Under the pieces are notes generated by a model, which saw only the letters and a list, made by a program, of their open reading frames with translations, had not been told where the DNA came from and made no database searches. The position numbers were made by a program, and so were the translations under genes. 43,124 bases of DNA from assembly GCA_965369605.1 (NCBI GenBank), contig CBDURE010000013.1, forward strand, positions 1-43,124, read 5' to 3'. The number at the start of each line of letters is the position of its first letter. Positions within the stretch are counted from its first letter, which is position 1. Of the stretch, positions 19,499 through 29,354 are shown one piece after another. This DNA is from an uncultured bacterium. Lineage in GTDB: Bacteria > JAJVIF01 > JAGGVT01.

Positions 19499-20536
19499 AT
19501 GAAAATACTTTCAAAAATCACAATGATTTTCATTCTTGTGTTTTTTACTATTGCGATGACAGGATGCGGGAATTCAAGCAAGGATAAAGAACCGAACACA
19601 ATACAAGATAATCTGAACATCAATAACAATGACAATGTAAGAGATTTATCGTTTGATCAAACTCCATACAGTTTGCGTTCATCAAAGGTTGCCAAAGAGA
19701 TAGACAAAGATTTTCCCGGTGGTATTCTCAGCCCCGTCGGTTCTGGCGCTTTTATTGCCCCATTGCTCCAATTCCATTATATTAATGGGCGTTATCCTTA
19801 TGATTTAAAAGAATTCTTATATTCAGGGTTATGTTTTATCTGGCCCTCAAATCCCTTGAACGGAGAACCGCTTAAACCTGTTTCCGACAAGTTGGAACCA
19901 TGCCAGTCGGATATTGGCAAAATCGCGTATGTACGTGCATCTGATGATGAGGCATATTTTGAAATTGTATTCTATGAAATAGATGATTACATCATATATA
20001 AGTATCCAAATCCGGAGGTATCTCCTGATATGATTAATTATTATTATGATCAGGAGATAAACCCGGATAGAGTTGACGAGAATGATTTTTTCCAGGTTAT
20101 GCGGAATATTTGCTGGGGCGCTTTTTTCAGGGGTGAATACTGGAGAGTTGGCAATGCGCCTGCGTCTATTGAAGAGGCATTGGTGGGTAATTATTACTGG
20201 ATTGAGGAAAACATGGCGCCGCATTTTATTTCAGCTGACCGTGAGATTCCATGTTTTGTGGAATGTGGATTAGCCTATCTTGACAACAAGCCTGTTAAAT
20301 TTTTTGAGGTTACAAGGGAACTTTTGGAAAAACGTTTCAAAGACAGGGGGTTGGAAGGAGCAAGTAATAAAAAAATTATTTCCCCTGTAGGTTCTGGTTC
20401 CGTGCTTAACGCAGATGAAAACTGGGACCGACTGACGGGTAAAGTATATTACTATTCAACAACAAAACTGTTAAACGGCACTTTGGACCTACCTGAAAGC
20501 GTGTTAATCAGCCGGGATGAAATTCTTGGGTTGTAA
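19499..20536 (+). CDS. Secreted lipoprotein, inverted paralog of 11859-12869
   Basis: RBS aggag plus ATG at 19499; lipobox MTG-C; upstream 40 bp also similar to upstream of the paralog. Confidence 0.7.
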   Translation: MKILSKITMIFILVFFTIAMTGCGNSSKDKEPNTIQDNLNINNNDNVRDLSFDQTPYSLRSSKVAKEIDKDFPGGILSPVGSGAFIAPLLQFHYINGRYPYDLKEFLYSGLCFIWPSNPLNGEPLKPVSDKLEPCQSDIGKIAYVRASDDEAYFEIVFYEIDDYIIYKYPNPEVSPDMINYYYDQEINPDRVDENDFFQVMRNICWGAFFRGEYWRVGNAPASIEEALVGNYYWIEENMAPHFISADREIPCFVECGLAYLDNKPVKFFEVTRELLEKRFKDRGLEGASNKKIISPVGSGSVLNADENWDRLTGKVYYYSTTKLLNGTLDLPESVLISRDEILGL

Positions 20537-20590
20537 GAATGACCTCACCCATGTTTTCCCGGTTAATGAGAAACCGGGCTACAATCTAAT

Positions 20591-21130
20591 CTATGTTGCA
20601 AACGTTTTGTCCTGGGCGAAAGCTACTAAAAATGAGCGTCGCATTTTCATTCCGATTGAAGCGGCGGATACGGCGTCGATGGCGTTGAAATCAAAGCCGT
20701 CGCCTCTTGGATAGTAACCGACCCAGAACGGATAGCATAGTTTGCTGTCTTTGATGCCTATTATCTTCGGCAGTTTCCTGTTGTGGATTCCGTGTTTGAT
20801 TAATATCCATCTGTATTCATCGATGACTTTTTCCTTTGCCTGTTCGGTGGACAGTTTCCATGCGAATGTTGGATACTCGGATTTATCATCAAGTGTGAGT
20901 TCCTCGATTTTCAGGAAAGAAAAAAGGCCGACGATACCGTCGGCCGCAACATCTATTTCCTTATTGCCTGATTCAACTGAGATAGTCAGTGTGAATATGT
21001 AATGCGGAAAATTGATTAGTTCAACTTTCAGCGGCGTTTGCATATATGAAGCGGCAAACAGCCGTTTTCGCTTTCGTGTGAGATTCTTAAAAGCAGTTTC
21101 CCTGTCAACAGATGGCGTAACGAATCTCAC
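20591..21130 (-). CDS. Hypothetical protein (179 aa)
   Basis: ORF only; no recognisable motif. Confidence 0.4.
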   Translation of the reverse strand: MRFVTPSVDRETAFKNLTRKRKRLFAASYMQTPLKVELINFPHYIFTLTISVESGNKEIDVAADGIVGLFSFLKIEELTLDDKSEYPTFAWKLSTEQAKEKVIDEYRWILIKHGIHNRKLPKIIGIKDSKLCYPFWVGYYPRGDGFDFNAIDAVSAASIGMKMRRSFLVAFAQDKTFAT

Positions 21131-21132
21131 AA

Positions 21133-21354
21133 TCAGTCTGACCCGCCGGGAATCTCTTTTTTCCTTCGTCCTTTCATAAGAGCAAACACACCGACAATTA
21201 TCAGGATAAGCCCTGAAAGCAGGTTTACCAGTTTGCCCAGCGGTTCTTCCGGCGCATATGCTGATATCGCCACGATTGCTCCAAAGGTGACCCAGAATAT
21301 GCCCATCACTTGAAGGGGATTCGCGACAGATTTTTGTTCATCTTTATTTTCCAT
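21133..21354 (-). CDS. Small two-TM membrane protein (73 aa)
   Basis: Two hydrophobic helices; tightly packed with neighbours. Confidence 0.35.
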   Translation of the reverse strand: MENKDEQKSVANPLQVMGIFWVTFGAIVAISAYAPEEPLGKLVNLLSGLILIIVGVFALMKGRRKKEIPGGSD

Positions 21355-21390
21355 TGTATTTCCTCATTTTAAGAGTTAAAAATGGCACGA

Positions 21391-21594
21391 TTAGAATTTC
21401 ATGTAAAGGTATATCTGGACTAACAGCACGATAACGGCCCATATTCTGAGGTCGCGCCATGCGCTTTGGTCAGGCGCTCCCCTGAAAATATAGGCTTTTG
21501 GACGAGTTACCGCCCAAAACATCACGATTAAAAAGAAGATTGCTCCGATTATTTTAACCGTGCCGATTGGTATTGATTTTAAACTTTCAATCAT
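21391..21594 (-). CDS. Small membrane protein co-encoded with SSS transporter (possibly DUF4212-like symporter small subunit)
   Basis: 67 aa, two TM helices, 1-bp gap to the symporter gene. Confidence 0.4.
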   Translation of the reverse strand: MIESLKSIPIGTVKIIGAIFFLIVMFWAVTRPKAYIFRGAPDQSAWRDLRIWAVIVLLVQIYLYMKF

Positions 21595-21595
21595 A

Positions 21596-23101
21596 TCACT
21601 CGCCTCCCTCTGCTCTGTCTGAGAGATTTTTCTGGATATTCTCGTTTTTCATGACAAGGCCGTAAACCAGTCCGGTGAGTTCCTCGATAGGCTTCGGCTT
21701 TGTGCACAGGCTTACTAACACATTAATGATAATCGCCATAACGAACGACCACCATGCGACATAGAGGAAATTCATTCCTGTCGCTGTTAGAGAAACTGAA
21801 CAAACCACACCGAGGACTAATCCCGCGAGTCCGCCCCAGGGAGTTGATCTTGCCCACATAATGCCGAGAAGGACAGTTGCCAGAGTCGCGCCCTGGAAGA
21901 TGGTAAGAATTTTCTGCATCGCCATGTAAATTCCGAACTTCTCTGTAATTGGCGCAAGCGGAACGGCGATAAGAATGAAAACCACCGTAAGCCATCTGCC
22001 GAAATTCAGATAGTGCTTGTCGGATGCGTCCTTTTTAAAGAAGTTTTGGTATATGTCTCTCGACCAGATTGTAACCGCCGAGTTGAGCGTTGAGTCGATG
22101 CTTGAATAGACGGCGGCGATAAACGCGGCGAATATCAAGCCTGAGAGTCCGACTGGCAGCAGGTTCTTGACCGCCCAGGGAAGTGCCTGGTCTTTGTTTT
22201 CAAGTCCTTCTGTGCAAAGCGCGAGAACGAAGAGGCCGGGAAGAACATAGAGAAGGGGAACCATTGTTTTAAGGAAAGCCGCGCTTAACATTCCAGCTTT
22301 GGCATCCCATTCGGATTTCGCGCCGAGAGTTCTTTGGATAATCGCCTGATGGCAGCACCACCATGCAGGCGACAGTACAAGCGCGAGGCCGAATATCATC
22401 CCCAGCCACGGATAGTCCGGGTTATCTAATGGCAAGAACAATTTGAAGTGGTCAGGATGTTCAGGTTGGATTTTAGCAACCAATCCTCCCCAGCCATCCA
22501 CTAAATCGAATCCAATAATGGCAATCGCGACTCCACCAACCAGCATTATTACTAATTGGATGACATCGGTCATTGCGACCGCTGTCAAGCCTCCGCTGAC
22601 TGTGTAGAATCCAACGACAACCGCAGTGACTATGATTCCAGTCCAGATACTCCAGCCGAGGTAGGTTTCAATCATTACACCGCTGGCCCAGAAGAAGATT
22701 GACAGGCATGCGATGAGGAAGCAACCCCACAATAGAGCCTCAATTGTTCTGACCGGCTGGCTGTAACGTTTGCCCAGATATTCAGGCACAGTGTAAACAC
22801 CGGCTCTCCAGTAGTAAGGAACGAATATCAGAGCAGAAATAACCATCGCGGGAATCGCGCCGATCCACTCGTAGTTCGCCTGCGCGATACCGACACCGTA
22901 CGCGGCGCCGGCGCCTCCGACATAGTCGTATGAGCCGATGTTCGTGCCGATAATCGACATTCCGATTATCCACCATGTCAGATTCCTGCCGGCAAGGAAG
23001 AAATCCTCCGATGTGCGGACGTATTTACGGAAATATACGCCGACAGCGAAGATGCCTACAATGAAGGCAATTACAATGAATACGTCTATTCCGTGCAACA
23101 T
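21596..23101 (-). CDS. Sodium:solute symporter (SSS family)
   Basis: About 13 TM helices; N-terminal FFLAGR/GGAGAAYG-type motifs of SSS family. Confidence 0.75.
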   Translation of the reverse strand: MLHGIDVFIVIAFIVGIFAVGVYFRKYVRTSEDFFLAGRNLTWWIIGMSIIGTNIGSYDYVGGAGAAYGVGIAQANYEWIGAIPAMVISALIFVPYYWRAGVYTVPEYLGKRYSQPVRTIEALLWGCFLIACLSIFFWASGVMIETYLGWSIWTGIIVTAVVVGFYTVSGGLTAVAMTDVIQLVIMLVGGVAIAIIGFDLVDGWGGLVAKIQPEHPDHFKLFLPLDNPDYPWLGMIFGLALVLSPAWWCCHQAIIQRTLGAKSEWDAKAGMLSAAFLKTMVPLLYVLPGLFVLALCTEGLENKDQALPWAVKNLLPVGLSGLIFAAFIAAVYSSIDSTLNSAVTIWSRDIYQNFFKKDASDKHYLNFGRWLTVVFILIAVPLAPITEKFGIYMAMQKILTIFQGATLATVLLGIMWARSTPWGGLAGLVLGVVCSVSLTATGMNFLYVAWWSFVMAIIINVLVSLCTKPKPIEELTGLVYGLVMKNENIQKNLSDRAEGGE

Positions 23102-23120
23102 TTAACTTTTACCCTCGCTT

Positions 23121-24239
23121 TTATTTTTTAAATACACATGAATTAAGTTTATCTATATATGTGTCACTGAAACTTGAGCCGGAGAAGAAGACAACGCCAT
23201 CAGCGTTTTCCTCTCTTGAGATGATTATCTGTTGCTCAAGTTCTTCAGGAGTATTCTTGTTATGTGATGTGCTGACCGCTATCCCGGGATAAACAAGGCA
23301 TTTGCCTTTAGCGACTTCAACAGCGCGATTAGTGTATTTTCTAAAAACGTCGTGGTTGCTTGTGTAAATCATCGGGCAGATGATGTCGATGATTCCCTCA
23401 TCGACCCAGCCCTTCCAGTCCTGTCCGATAAGGAGTTTCGCCGATTCGTGGTCGGGAAAAACCGCAGCCGATAGTGGGATGTCTTTTCCTGATTTTTTGA
23501 TTGAATCCTTGATTCCTCTAACAAGAGTGGTTACATGATTCGCGTTCCATCTAAGCCATTCGCACCATTCTGAACTTCCGCAGTTATGCCATCTCAGTTC
23601 GAGAGGAGTTACGCCGTATTCTTTTTTGAAAGCGTTAATAGTGGCGTCATCATAGCTGAATCCCTGGCTGGTCTGGAAACGGATGCCATCCAGCTGGATG
23701 CCGTCGATGTCATATTCATAAGCGGTTGCGATTTCAGCGATAATGAAATCGCGAACATCCTTGATTGCTAAATTCAGTTTTGGGCTTATTTCCTTTATGG
23801 TTTTCATCAACCATTCGGGATGCTCCTCGACTGTTTTTTCCCATCCGGGATAAATGTGGCTTGGGCAGATGCATGGATGGACTTTGATGTTTTTCGCGTG
23901 AGCTTCTTTGAGCAAGACATCAAGGAAATCCCAGTCCATCTTGTGCTGCCATTTCAGCACTGAAAAAGCGAAGAGGTCTGTGATTCCGATTTGCGCATAT
24001 TTAATGAAAAGCTCCTGCATCTCAATTTGCGCTTTTTCTTTCTCTTTTGAGAATTGTCGGGTTGATATCCACAACGCTCGCGCTTCGTTGTGTGATACGC
24101 TTTGATGCTGACGCATTGAAATGACAGAAGTTTTAATATTCTTAGAGCTTTCTTTAGCAACAAGCTGCGCGGGGTGAAGGCAAATCAGGAGTAGAATCCC
24201 GATTGCGAGTATTCCTGTAAATGCTTTGTACTGCATCAC
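23121..24239 (-). CDS. Secreted glycoside-hydrolase-like family 10 (GHL10/DUF187-type TIM-barrel) protein
   Basis: Signal peptide; motif YDIDGIQLDGIRF typical of GHL10; paralog of 29695-30762. Confidence 0.55.
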   Translation of the reverse strand: MMQYKAFTGILAIGILLLICLHPAQLVAKESSKNIKTSVISMRQHQSVSHNEARALWISTRQFSKEKEKAQIEMQELFIKYAQIGITDLFAFSVLKWQHKMDWDFLDVLLKEAHAKNIKVHPCICPSHIYPGWEKTVEEHPEWLMKTIKEISPKLNLAIKDVRDFIIAEIATAYEYDIDGIQLDGIRFQTSQGFSYDDATINAFKKEYGVTPLELRWHNCGSSEWCEWLRWNANHVTTLVRGIKDSIKKSGKDIPLSAAVFPDHESAKLLIGQDWKGWVDEGIIDIICPMIYTSNHDVFRKYTNRAVEVAKGKCLVYPGIAVSTSHNKNTPEELEQQIIISREENADGVVFFSGSSFSDTYIDKLNSCVFKK

Positions 24240-24312
24240 AAGTCCTTTTTATGGTGACCCGAAAGTCACGAATTTATTTGGATTAACGACTTTTTATCAA
24301 ATGCAAGACTTC

Positions 24313-24840
24313 TTAAATTAATTCGTAATTATACAGGTTTTCATCCGTTGCCACAACTTTACGCGCGAAATTGTCTTTCATGATGGTTTCGTAATCGTGG
24401 CCGACATCCGCTCGGCAGATTGACAGGAACACCAGATTTGTATCTGATACATTCACGACTCTGTGGCCGAATCCCGGTGGTGAATATACATGGCTGTTGG
24501 GAGTTAATTCGTGTGATTCGAATTTGTCGCTTCTGTCCTGAATGAGCGCAAGGCCTTTTCCCTCAAGCCCCATGATTGATTCGGCTGCATCAGGAGCGTT
24601 ATGGAAATGCCCTTTTGTGAAATAGAATTCGTTGCCTACTCTTCCGGGAAATAGAATAGTCGTGCCGATGATGAGATTATCGCTATCGGATGGCACGGGG
24701 AGGGCGTAGACCTCGTAGATGACGGGGTCGTTTTTTGAGAGGATTTCCTCGACCGCTTTTTGGTCGGCGAATAGCGATTTGATATCGCTTAGCTTGCGGA
24801 TTATTTTGTCGCCGTATGGTTTTGTTATGTCTGGTATCAT
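24313..24840 (-). CDS. Cupin-type glucose-6-phosphate isomerase (archaeal-type cPGI)
   Basis: TKGHFH...E metal-binding motif and PPGFGHRVVN motif characteristic of cupin PGI. Confidence 0.6.
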   Translation of the reverse strand: MIPDITKPYGDKIIRKLSDIKSLFADQKAVEEILSKNDPVIYEVYALPVPSDSDNLIIGTTILFPGRVGNEFYFTKGHFHNAPDAAESIMGLEGKGLALIQDRSDKFESHELTPNSHVYSPPGFGHRVVNVSDTNLVFLSICRADVGHDYETIMKDNFARKVVATDENLYNYELI

Positions 24841-24856
24841 GAGTTCACCTTAATTT

Positions 24857-24924
24857 CCCCGGCATGCCTGATTCACCTTATAGAAAATTGATGATTTTGT
24901 TCGGGACGGCATGACCGGGTTACG
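24857..24924. repeat. MITE-like family 2 copy (ccccggcatgcctgattcacct...ttcgggacggcatgaccgggttacg); followed by a separate 21-bp-arm hairpin at 24934-25008
   Basis: Same about 68-bp unit occurs at 29567-29633 (same strand) and 29479-29545 (inverted). Confidence 0.7.
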
Positions 24925-25067
24925 ATTTTTCTGCCCAGGAGCTTCGGCAACCTTGCCGTAAAGGCGCTGAAGCCCCCTACTTTCCGGCAAGGATGCCGAA
25001 GCTCCCGGTGAGTGTTGTTTTTTTACTTGCTAACCTGCTAACTTACTAACCTACTAACTTTCTTTTC

Positions 25068-27326
25068 CTATTTCAGTTCTTCGTAGCCCTTGATTATCTG
25101 GCATGCCGCTCTCATGAATGATGAGCCTTTTGCGAGGGCGTATTCGCTGGTTCGGTATGCGTATGTCCAGCCCCAGACATCGGTGTCGATTACCGGATAG
25201 TCGATAGGGACATCCGCGACTACCCATTGCTTGGTGTCCAGATCGCCGAGTTCAAGGAGTTCGCCTTTGCCTGAATAGATTCCAAGAGTAATTCCGCCGG
25301 GAACGATGCCATCCTCACAGCCTTTCATGAAACAGTATCGAGTGTGATAGCAATTCGGGCCTTGTCCGACATCAGCCATCATTGAGACATCGGCGGGATT
25401 GAATCCGAGAATCCATTGCAGCTGATATTCCGCAGCTTCGAGATATTCAAGATTTTTGCAGAGACGGCCTGCTGTTGCGAGTCCGAATGCGGTTTCGCCG
25501 AATCTTCCGTTGTTTGTGTCGGGGACTATGTTTCTAATCGTACCGTCATCCAGTTTTCCTCCGACTTGTCCGAATGGTGAGAGGTAGGCGTACTGCATCA
25601 TGTTGTCAGCCCATGCGGCAAAACAATCTGCGATTTCCGGTGTAAGTTCGCTTTTGGGATATCGATTGGCGAATTCATACAGTGCCGGCATGTGATATCC
25701 GGGACGCAAGGTTGTTTTCTCTTTTAACGAGTCTGTGTAGAAACTGCCATCATCGAGCTGAAGATCAATAATCGCTTTGACTCTGGCTTCAGCATCGGTG
25801 AAATATTTCCTTTCTCCTGTGATTTCGTATAATTCCAGATTGTTGAGCAGAAGTCCTGATTGTGTGTAATACAAATCCGGGTTGTCTGCAAGTATTTTAC
25901 TGGAGCGTTCGTAGGTATCCATCGCGACTTCGATACATTTATCAGAAAGATTTTTGTTGTATGGCATTAGCTGTCTTCCTATCCTTGCGAGCAGCGCGCC
26001 TGTTGTGCCGATTGCGGCTTCTTTAGTGATTCCGTAGTTGTATTTAACGCAGTCGGATTCATACACCACACGCGGCGCTTCATTTTCAGGGGTTGCAAGC
26101 CATGTGCAGACATCCTCGAAATCGGGTGTGAAACTGGCATGAAATCCGCCATCCCAGTATGATCTGCAGAAATAATCGGCTTCCCATGCGGCTTCGTTTA
26201 TAAATCGAGGCATACCGTCGAGTTGCTCATCGAGAATATCGCCGAATTCATCCTGGAAAGTTGTAAGGGCGTTTATTCCCATAGTTCCGCCCCAGATCCA
26301 TTTACCGTAATCGCCGGCATCGTGCCATCCGCCAGCGACATCGACACGGGTGCCGTCCAGTTTGACGATTGTATCGCCGGTATGGCAGGCTTTGTGGAAT
26401 CCGGGAACCTCAGTTCCGCATCGTTGATAGCGGAACCATCGCGCGGCTTTTTTTGTCAGTTCGAGATAATGGTCTTTTCTGATTGGGAACGTGTGTGAAT
26501 CGACAACCTCTTTGGTTTCATCGATAATCAGCCGGACTCTGTATAGGCCGGGTGTTTTGAAATCGGAGAAATCCGCGATGTAGTTATTGCCGCCCCAGAT
26601 ATGGAATCCGGTTTTCTTTAGTTTTCCTTTGTAAACAACAGGTTGTGGAAAGGGATGCTGCCTGTTGTGGAGTGAATCTATCAGTTCAAAATGCCCTGTC
26701 AGTTTTGAGTTGTTAGCCCATACTACAGCGGTTTTTACGCTTTTAACATCGTATCCGGCGTGGCAGATTATCGGCTTGAGTGTTTTCTGCGCGATTATCT
26801 GTCCGTCGGCAAGTTCGGACCAAGTGTCGATTTGTTGGCGGATTCGTCGAATCGTCCGCGCCTGTTTCATCTTGTCATCCATTGAGAGTTCGCTGCGGTT
26901 TCTTAGTTTTCGCGATGTTACATGAAATTCCAGTATTTTCGGATGACTGGCGACCTCAACATCCAAAGTCATGGTTTCCTGCGCGTATTCATAATCGACT
27001 TCCTTCTTCTTGCCGGTGGCTGTATCAATCAAAATCGGCATACCTTTAATGAGGAAATAAATCGGGTCGAATTTGAGTTGTGTTTTTATGGTTTTGGAGG
27101 AGGGAGCGTCCATTTGGAAGATGATTCTTAATTTCACGTCGTTTTGGTACGCTGCGACTTCCCATGATGTTCCCTTTATTCCAAGTGAAACGGGAATATC
27201 ATCGCGAAGTATCCAGCCTTCATCCTCGTCGAAAAAGTCACTGAATGTTTTGTCCTGTGCAAGTCCAGCGCTTGTCAGAAATGCGAATAATAATGCTGTA
27301 ATTGTTACAAACCTGAGAACTTTCAT
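25068..27326 (-). CDS. Secreted glycoside hydrolase family 9 endoglucanase with N-terminal Ig-like (CelD_N-type) domain
   Basis: Signal peptide; GH9 signature DVAGGWHDAGDYGKW; paralog of 30985-33267. Confidence 0.8.
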   Translation of the reverse strand: MKVLRFVTITALLFAFLTSAGLAQDKTFSDFFDEDEGWILRDDIPVSLGIKGTSWEVAAYQNDVKLRIIFQMDAPSSKTIKTQLKFDPIYFLIKGMPILIDTATGKKKEVDYEYAQETMTLDVEVASHPKILEFHVTSRKLRNRSELSMDDKMKQARTIRRIRQQIDTWSELADGQIIAQKTLKPIICHAGYDVKSVKTAVVWANNSKLTGHFELIDSLHNRQHPFPQPVVYKGKLKKTGFHIWGGNNYIADFSDFKTPGLYRVRLIIDETKEVVDSHTFPIRKDHYLELTKKAARWFRYQRCGTEVPGFHKACHTGDTIVKLDGTRVDVAGGWHDAGDYGKWIWGGTMGINALTTFQDEFGDILDEQLDGMPRFINEAAWEADYFCRSYWDGGFHASFTPDFEDVCTWLATPENEAPRVVYESDCVKYNYGITKEAAIGTTGALLARIGRQLMPYNKNLSDKCIEVAMDTYERSSKILADNPDLYYTQSGLLLNNLELYEITGERKYFTDAEARVKAIIDLQLDDGSFYTDSLKEKTTLRPGYHMPALYEFANRYPKSELTPEIADCFAAWADNMMQYAYLSPFGQVGGKLDDGTIRNIVPDTNNGRFGETAFGLATAGRLCKNLEYLEAAEYQLQWILGFNPADVSMMADVGQGPNCYHTRYCFMKGCEDGIVPGGITLGIYSGKGELLELGDLDTKQWVVADVPIDYPVIDTDVWGWTYAYRTSEYALAKGSSFMRAACQIIKGYEELK

Positions 27327-27529
27327 TTTGAATCTCCTGATGTTTTAGTCTTACAAATTAAATTTCGAAAGCAACATGCTAAAGGTCATCTGCTAAAGAT
27401 GATGTTCCGTCATTCCCGCGAAAGCGGGAATCCATTTTTCTTTTTATAGAAGAGTTGGCATCTCTCATTTTTAAATGGATTCCCGCTTTCGAGTGTGTCG
27501 GAAAAACCGCCAATCTAATATAAAACGTT

Positions 27530-27631
27530 GGGTGCCGCCCATACAACCGTCTCGGTTTTATGGGTGACACGTTGCTAAGTTACGCATTTCACCCACAAAT
27601 CACAAAAAGACGTGATGTGTGGGCGGCACCC
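27530..27631. other. Long multi-stem hairpin (12-bp outer stem gggtgccgccca/tgggcggcaccc) in the 5' region of the GH9 gene; candidate structured RNA/regulatory element
   Basis: Outer and inner (gggtga/tcaccc) stems read directly. Confidence 0.3.
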
Positions 27632-27740
27632 GGTGTTAGTTAAATATCGAATGAGTACCATGCTAAAGCATTGTACTGATTTCAGATAGCATTATGCAGA
27701 TATCGCATTGTTTAATCAATGTTAATTTGGGAATTTTCGT

Positions 27741-29336
27741 TTACCAGGCGTACTCGCTAATCTGTAACCAGTCCCATTTCTGGTCGGTGATAATGCGCCA
27801 TTCTGTTTGTTTTCGCGTGTTGTCGAACTGCTTGTATGGCTTGAAATATGGCAGCATCGGCTCAGGATATATCATGACGTGAATATGCTGCTGGCGGTAA
27901 TTTTCACACGGAGCGCTTCCGAATTCGAAAATGTTGTAATCGTTTTGCTTTAAATCCTCTTTGTTGAGTTGGAATTCGAAATAAATAACGGGCATCATCG
28001 CGTCAGGCTCGAATTCCTTCACCAGTTGCCAGTCGTTGGTGCAATCCTTGAGTTTGTATTCTTTCCCGTTGATTTTCAGAGTCCATTCAGCGTCGTCCGG
28101 GAAAATAACCGGCGGGATTGCGAATGACTGAGTTTCACCGCCCATGAGGTATAGTCGGGATGTTATTTTCTCAACCGGATTTTCTTTATCGTCGAGATTT
28201 CCAATGTAGAATTTTTTGCGAATCCAGTCGCCCTGCAGGACTCTGTGTCCCGCTCTGTACCAGGTTTCTTTCTGGTAGTTTGTCATGACAGGCGGATTGC
28301 CTTTGATAACTTTATAGTAATAGTTTTCAGCGTTTGGATAAAGCGCGGCACTGTTTGCGCCGTTTAGAGTAACTGCGATTCCACTGCCGTTTTTCATCGT
28401 GTTGCGCATCATCATGTCATCGCCTTTTGCGCACTGGATGAAATGCCAGTACCACCATCCCCCAAGCTGCCAGTTTCCCCTGCCATTGTGCAAATCCTCT
28501 GATTTGAAATACGGCGATTCCAGATGCGATTCCGATGTGTACTCCTTATATTTAAACGGATTTCCGTAGAATTCCATAAGCGAGCACGGCATAAGCGTAG
28601 CGGTTTCTCTTGTATCAGATTTTCTTGTGCTGATATTTTCCACATAATACCATTTGCCATCTATTAATACTTCCCCGACCGAATGTCCGTTCATGTTGAC
28701 AGTTCGTGCTGGAAGTCCAATTGTGTGCATCATTCCGACAAATCCGTTCGCTCGTCCGACACAGAAAGAGCGGTGGAAAATTAGATCGACCGGATGCTTC
28801 GATTCATAAACAGGTCCGCCTTTATTAACATAATGCGCCCAGTCAGCTATAAGCTTAACCTTGTCCATGATTGGCGTTTCATCAGTTACACCATTTTCCC
28901 TGAATATCATATCTCTGGTTATTACCAGCGCGTCCCAGTCTCTTTGATGAGCGGTTTTGCCATCGTTTTCATTGTAAATCTCGCCGCCGCTGCCCGGGAT
29001 TCTCTTGCTCTCCGGCATGGACGCCATTGAGACATTCGCGCCGTTTGGGAATTCATCGATGCCCTTTGAGTTTCCGGTTATGAGAGGTTTGGATGGCAGA
29101 TATGAGTTTTTATCTATCTGCCTGTTGATAAACACGCCGTTGCCATCGGCGTTGATTTTGTCGAATTTTTTATAGTGGAAAGAGATATCCCAGTTGATGC
29201 TCCAGTTGTATTGCCCTGCGACATCGTTGACTTTTATTGTGATGGGCTGCCAATCGCTTTTTTCATCAGCTGAAACGCTGGTAGTAATCGCGAGGCAGCA
29301 GAATAGGGCTAGTATGAATAGGCATTTGATTTTCAT
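27741..29336 (-). CDS. Secreted transglutaminase-like domain protein
   Basis: Signal peptide from Met at 29336 (ORF track starts 13 codons earlier); core FCVGRANGFVGMMHTIGLPAR...H resembles transglutaminase-like Cys-His core. Confidence 0.5.
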   Translation of the reverse strand: MKIKCLFILALFCCLAITTSVSADEKSDWQPITIKVNDVAGQYNWSINWDISFHYKKFDKINADGNGVFINRQIDKNSYLPSKPLITGNSKGIDEFPNGANVSMASMPESKRIPGSGGEIYNENDGKTAHQRDWDALVITRDMIFRENGVTDETPIMDKVKLIADWAHYVNKGGPVYESKHPVDLIFHRSFCVGRANGFVGMMHTIGLPARTVNMNGHSVGEVLIDGKWYYVENISTRKSDTRETATLMPCSLMEFYGNPFKYKEYTSESHLESPYFKSEDLHNGRGNWQLGGWWYWHFIQCAKGDDMMMRNTMKNGSGIAVTLNGANSAALYPNAENYYYKVIKGNPPVMTNYQKETWYRAGHRVLQGDWIRKKFYIGNLDDKENPVEKITSRLYLMGGETQSFAIPPVIFPDDAEWTLKINGKEYKLKDCTNDWQLVKEFEPDAMMPVIYFEFQLNKEDLKQNDYNIFEFGSAPCENYRQQHIHVMIYPEPMLPYFKPYKQFDNTRKQTEWRIITDQKWDWLQISEYAW

Positions 29337-29354
29337 GATGAATTCTCCAGATAG

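Noticed and set aside
24934-25008. 21-bp-arm hairpin downstream of GH9-1 as an intrinsic terminator
   Set aside because: On the transcribed (minus) strand the hairpin is followed by an A-run rather than a U-run. It is recorded as a palindrome only.
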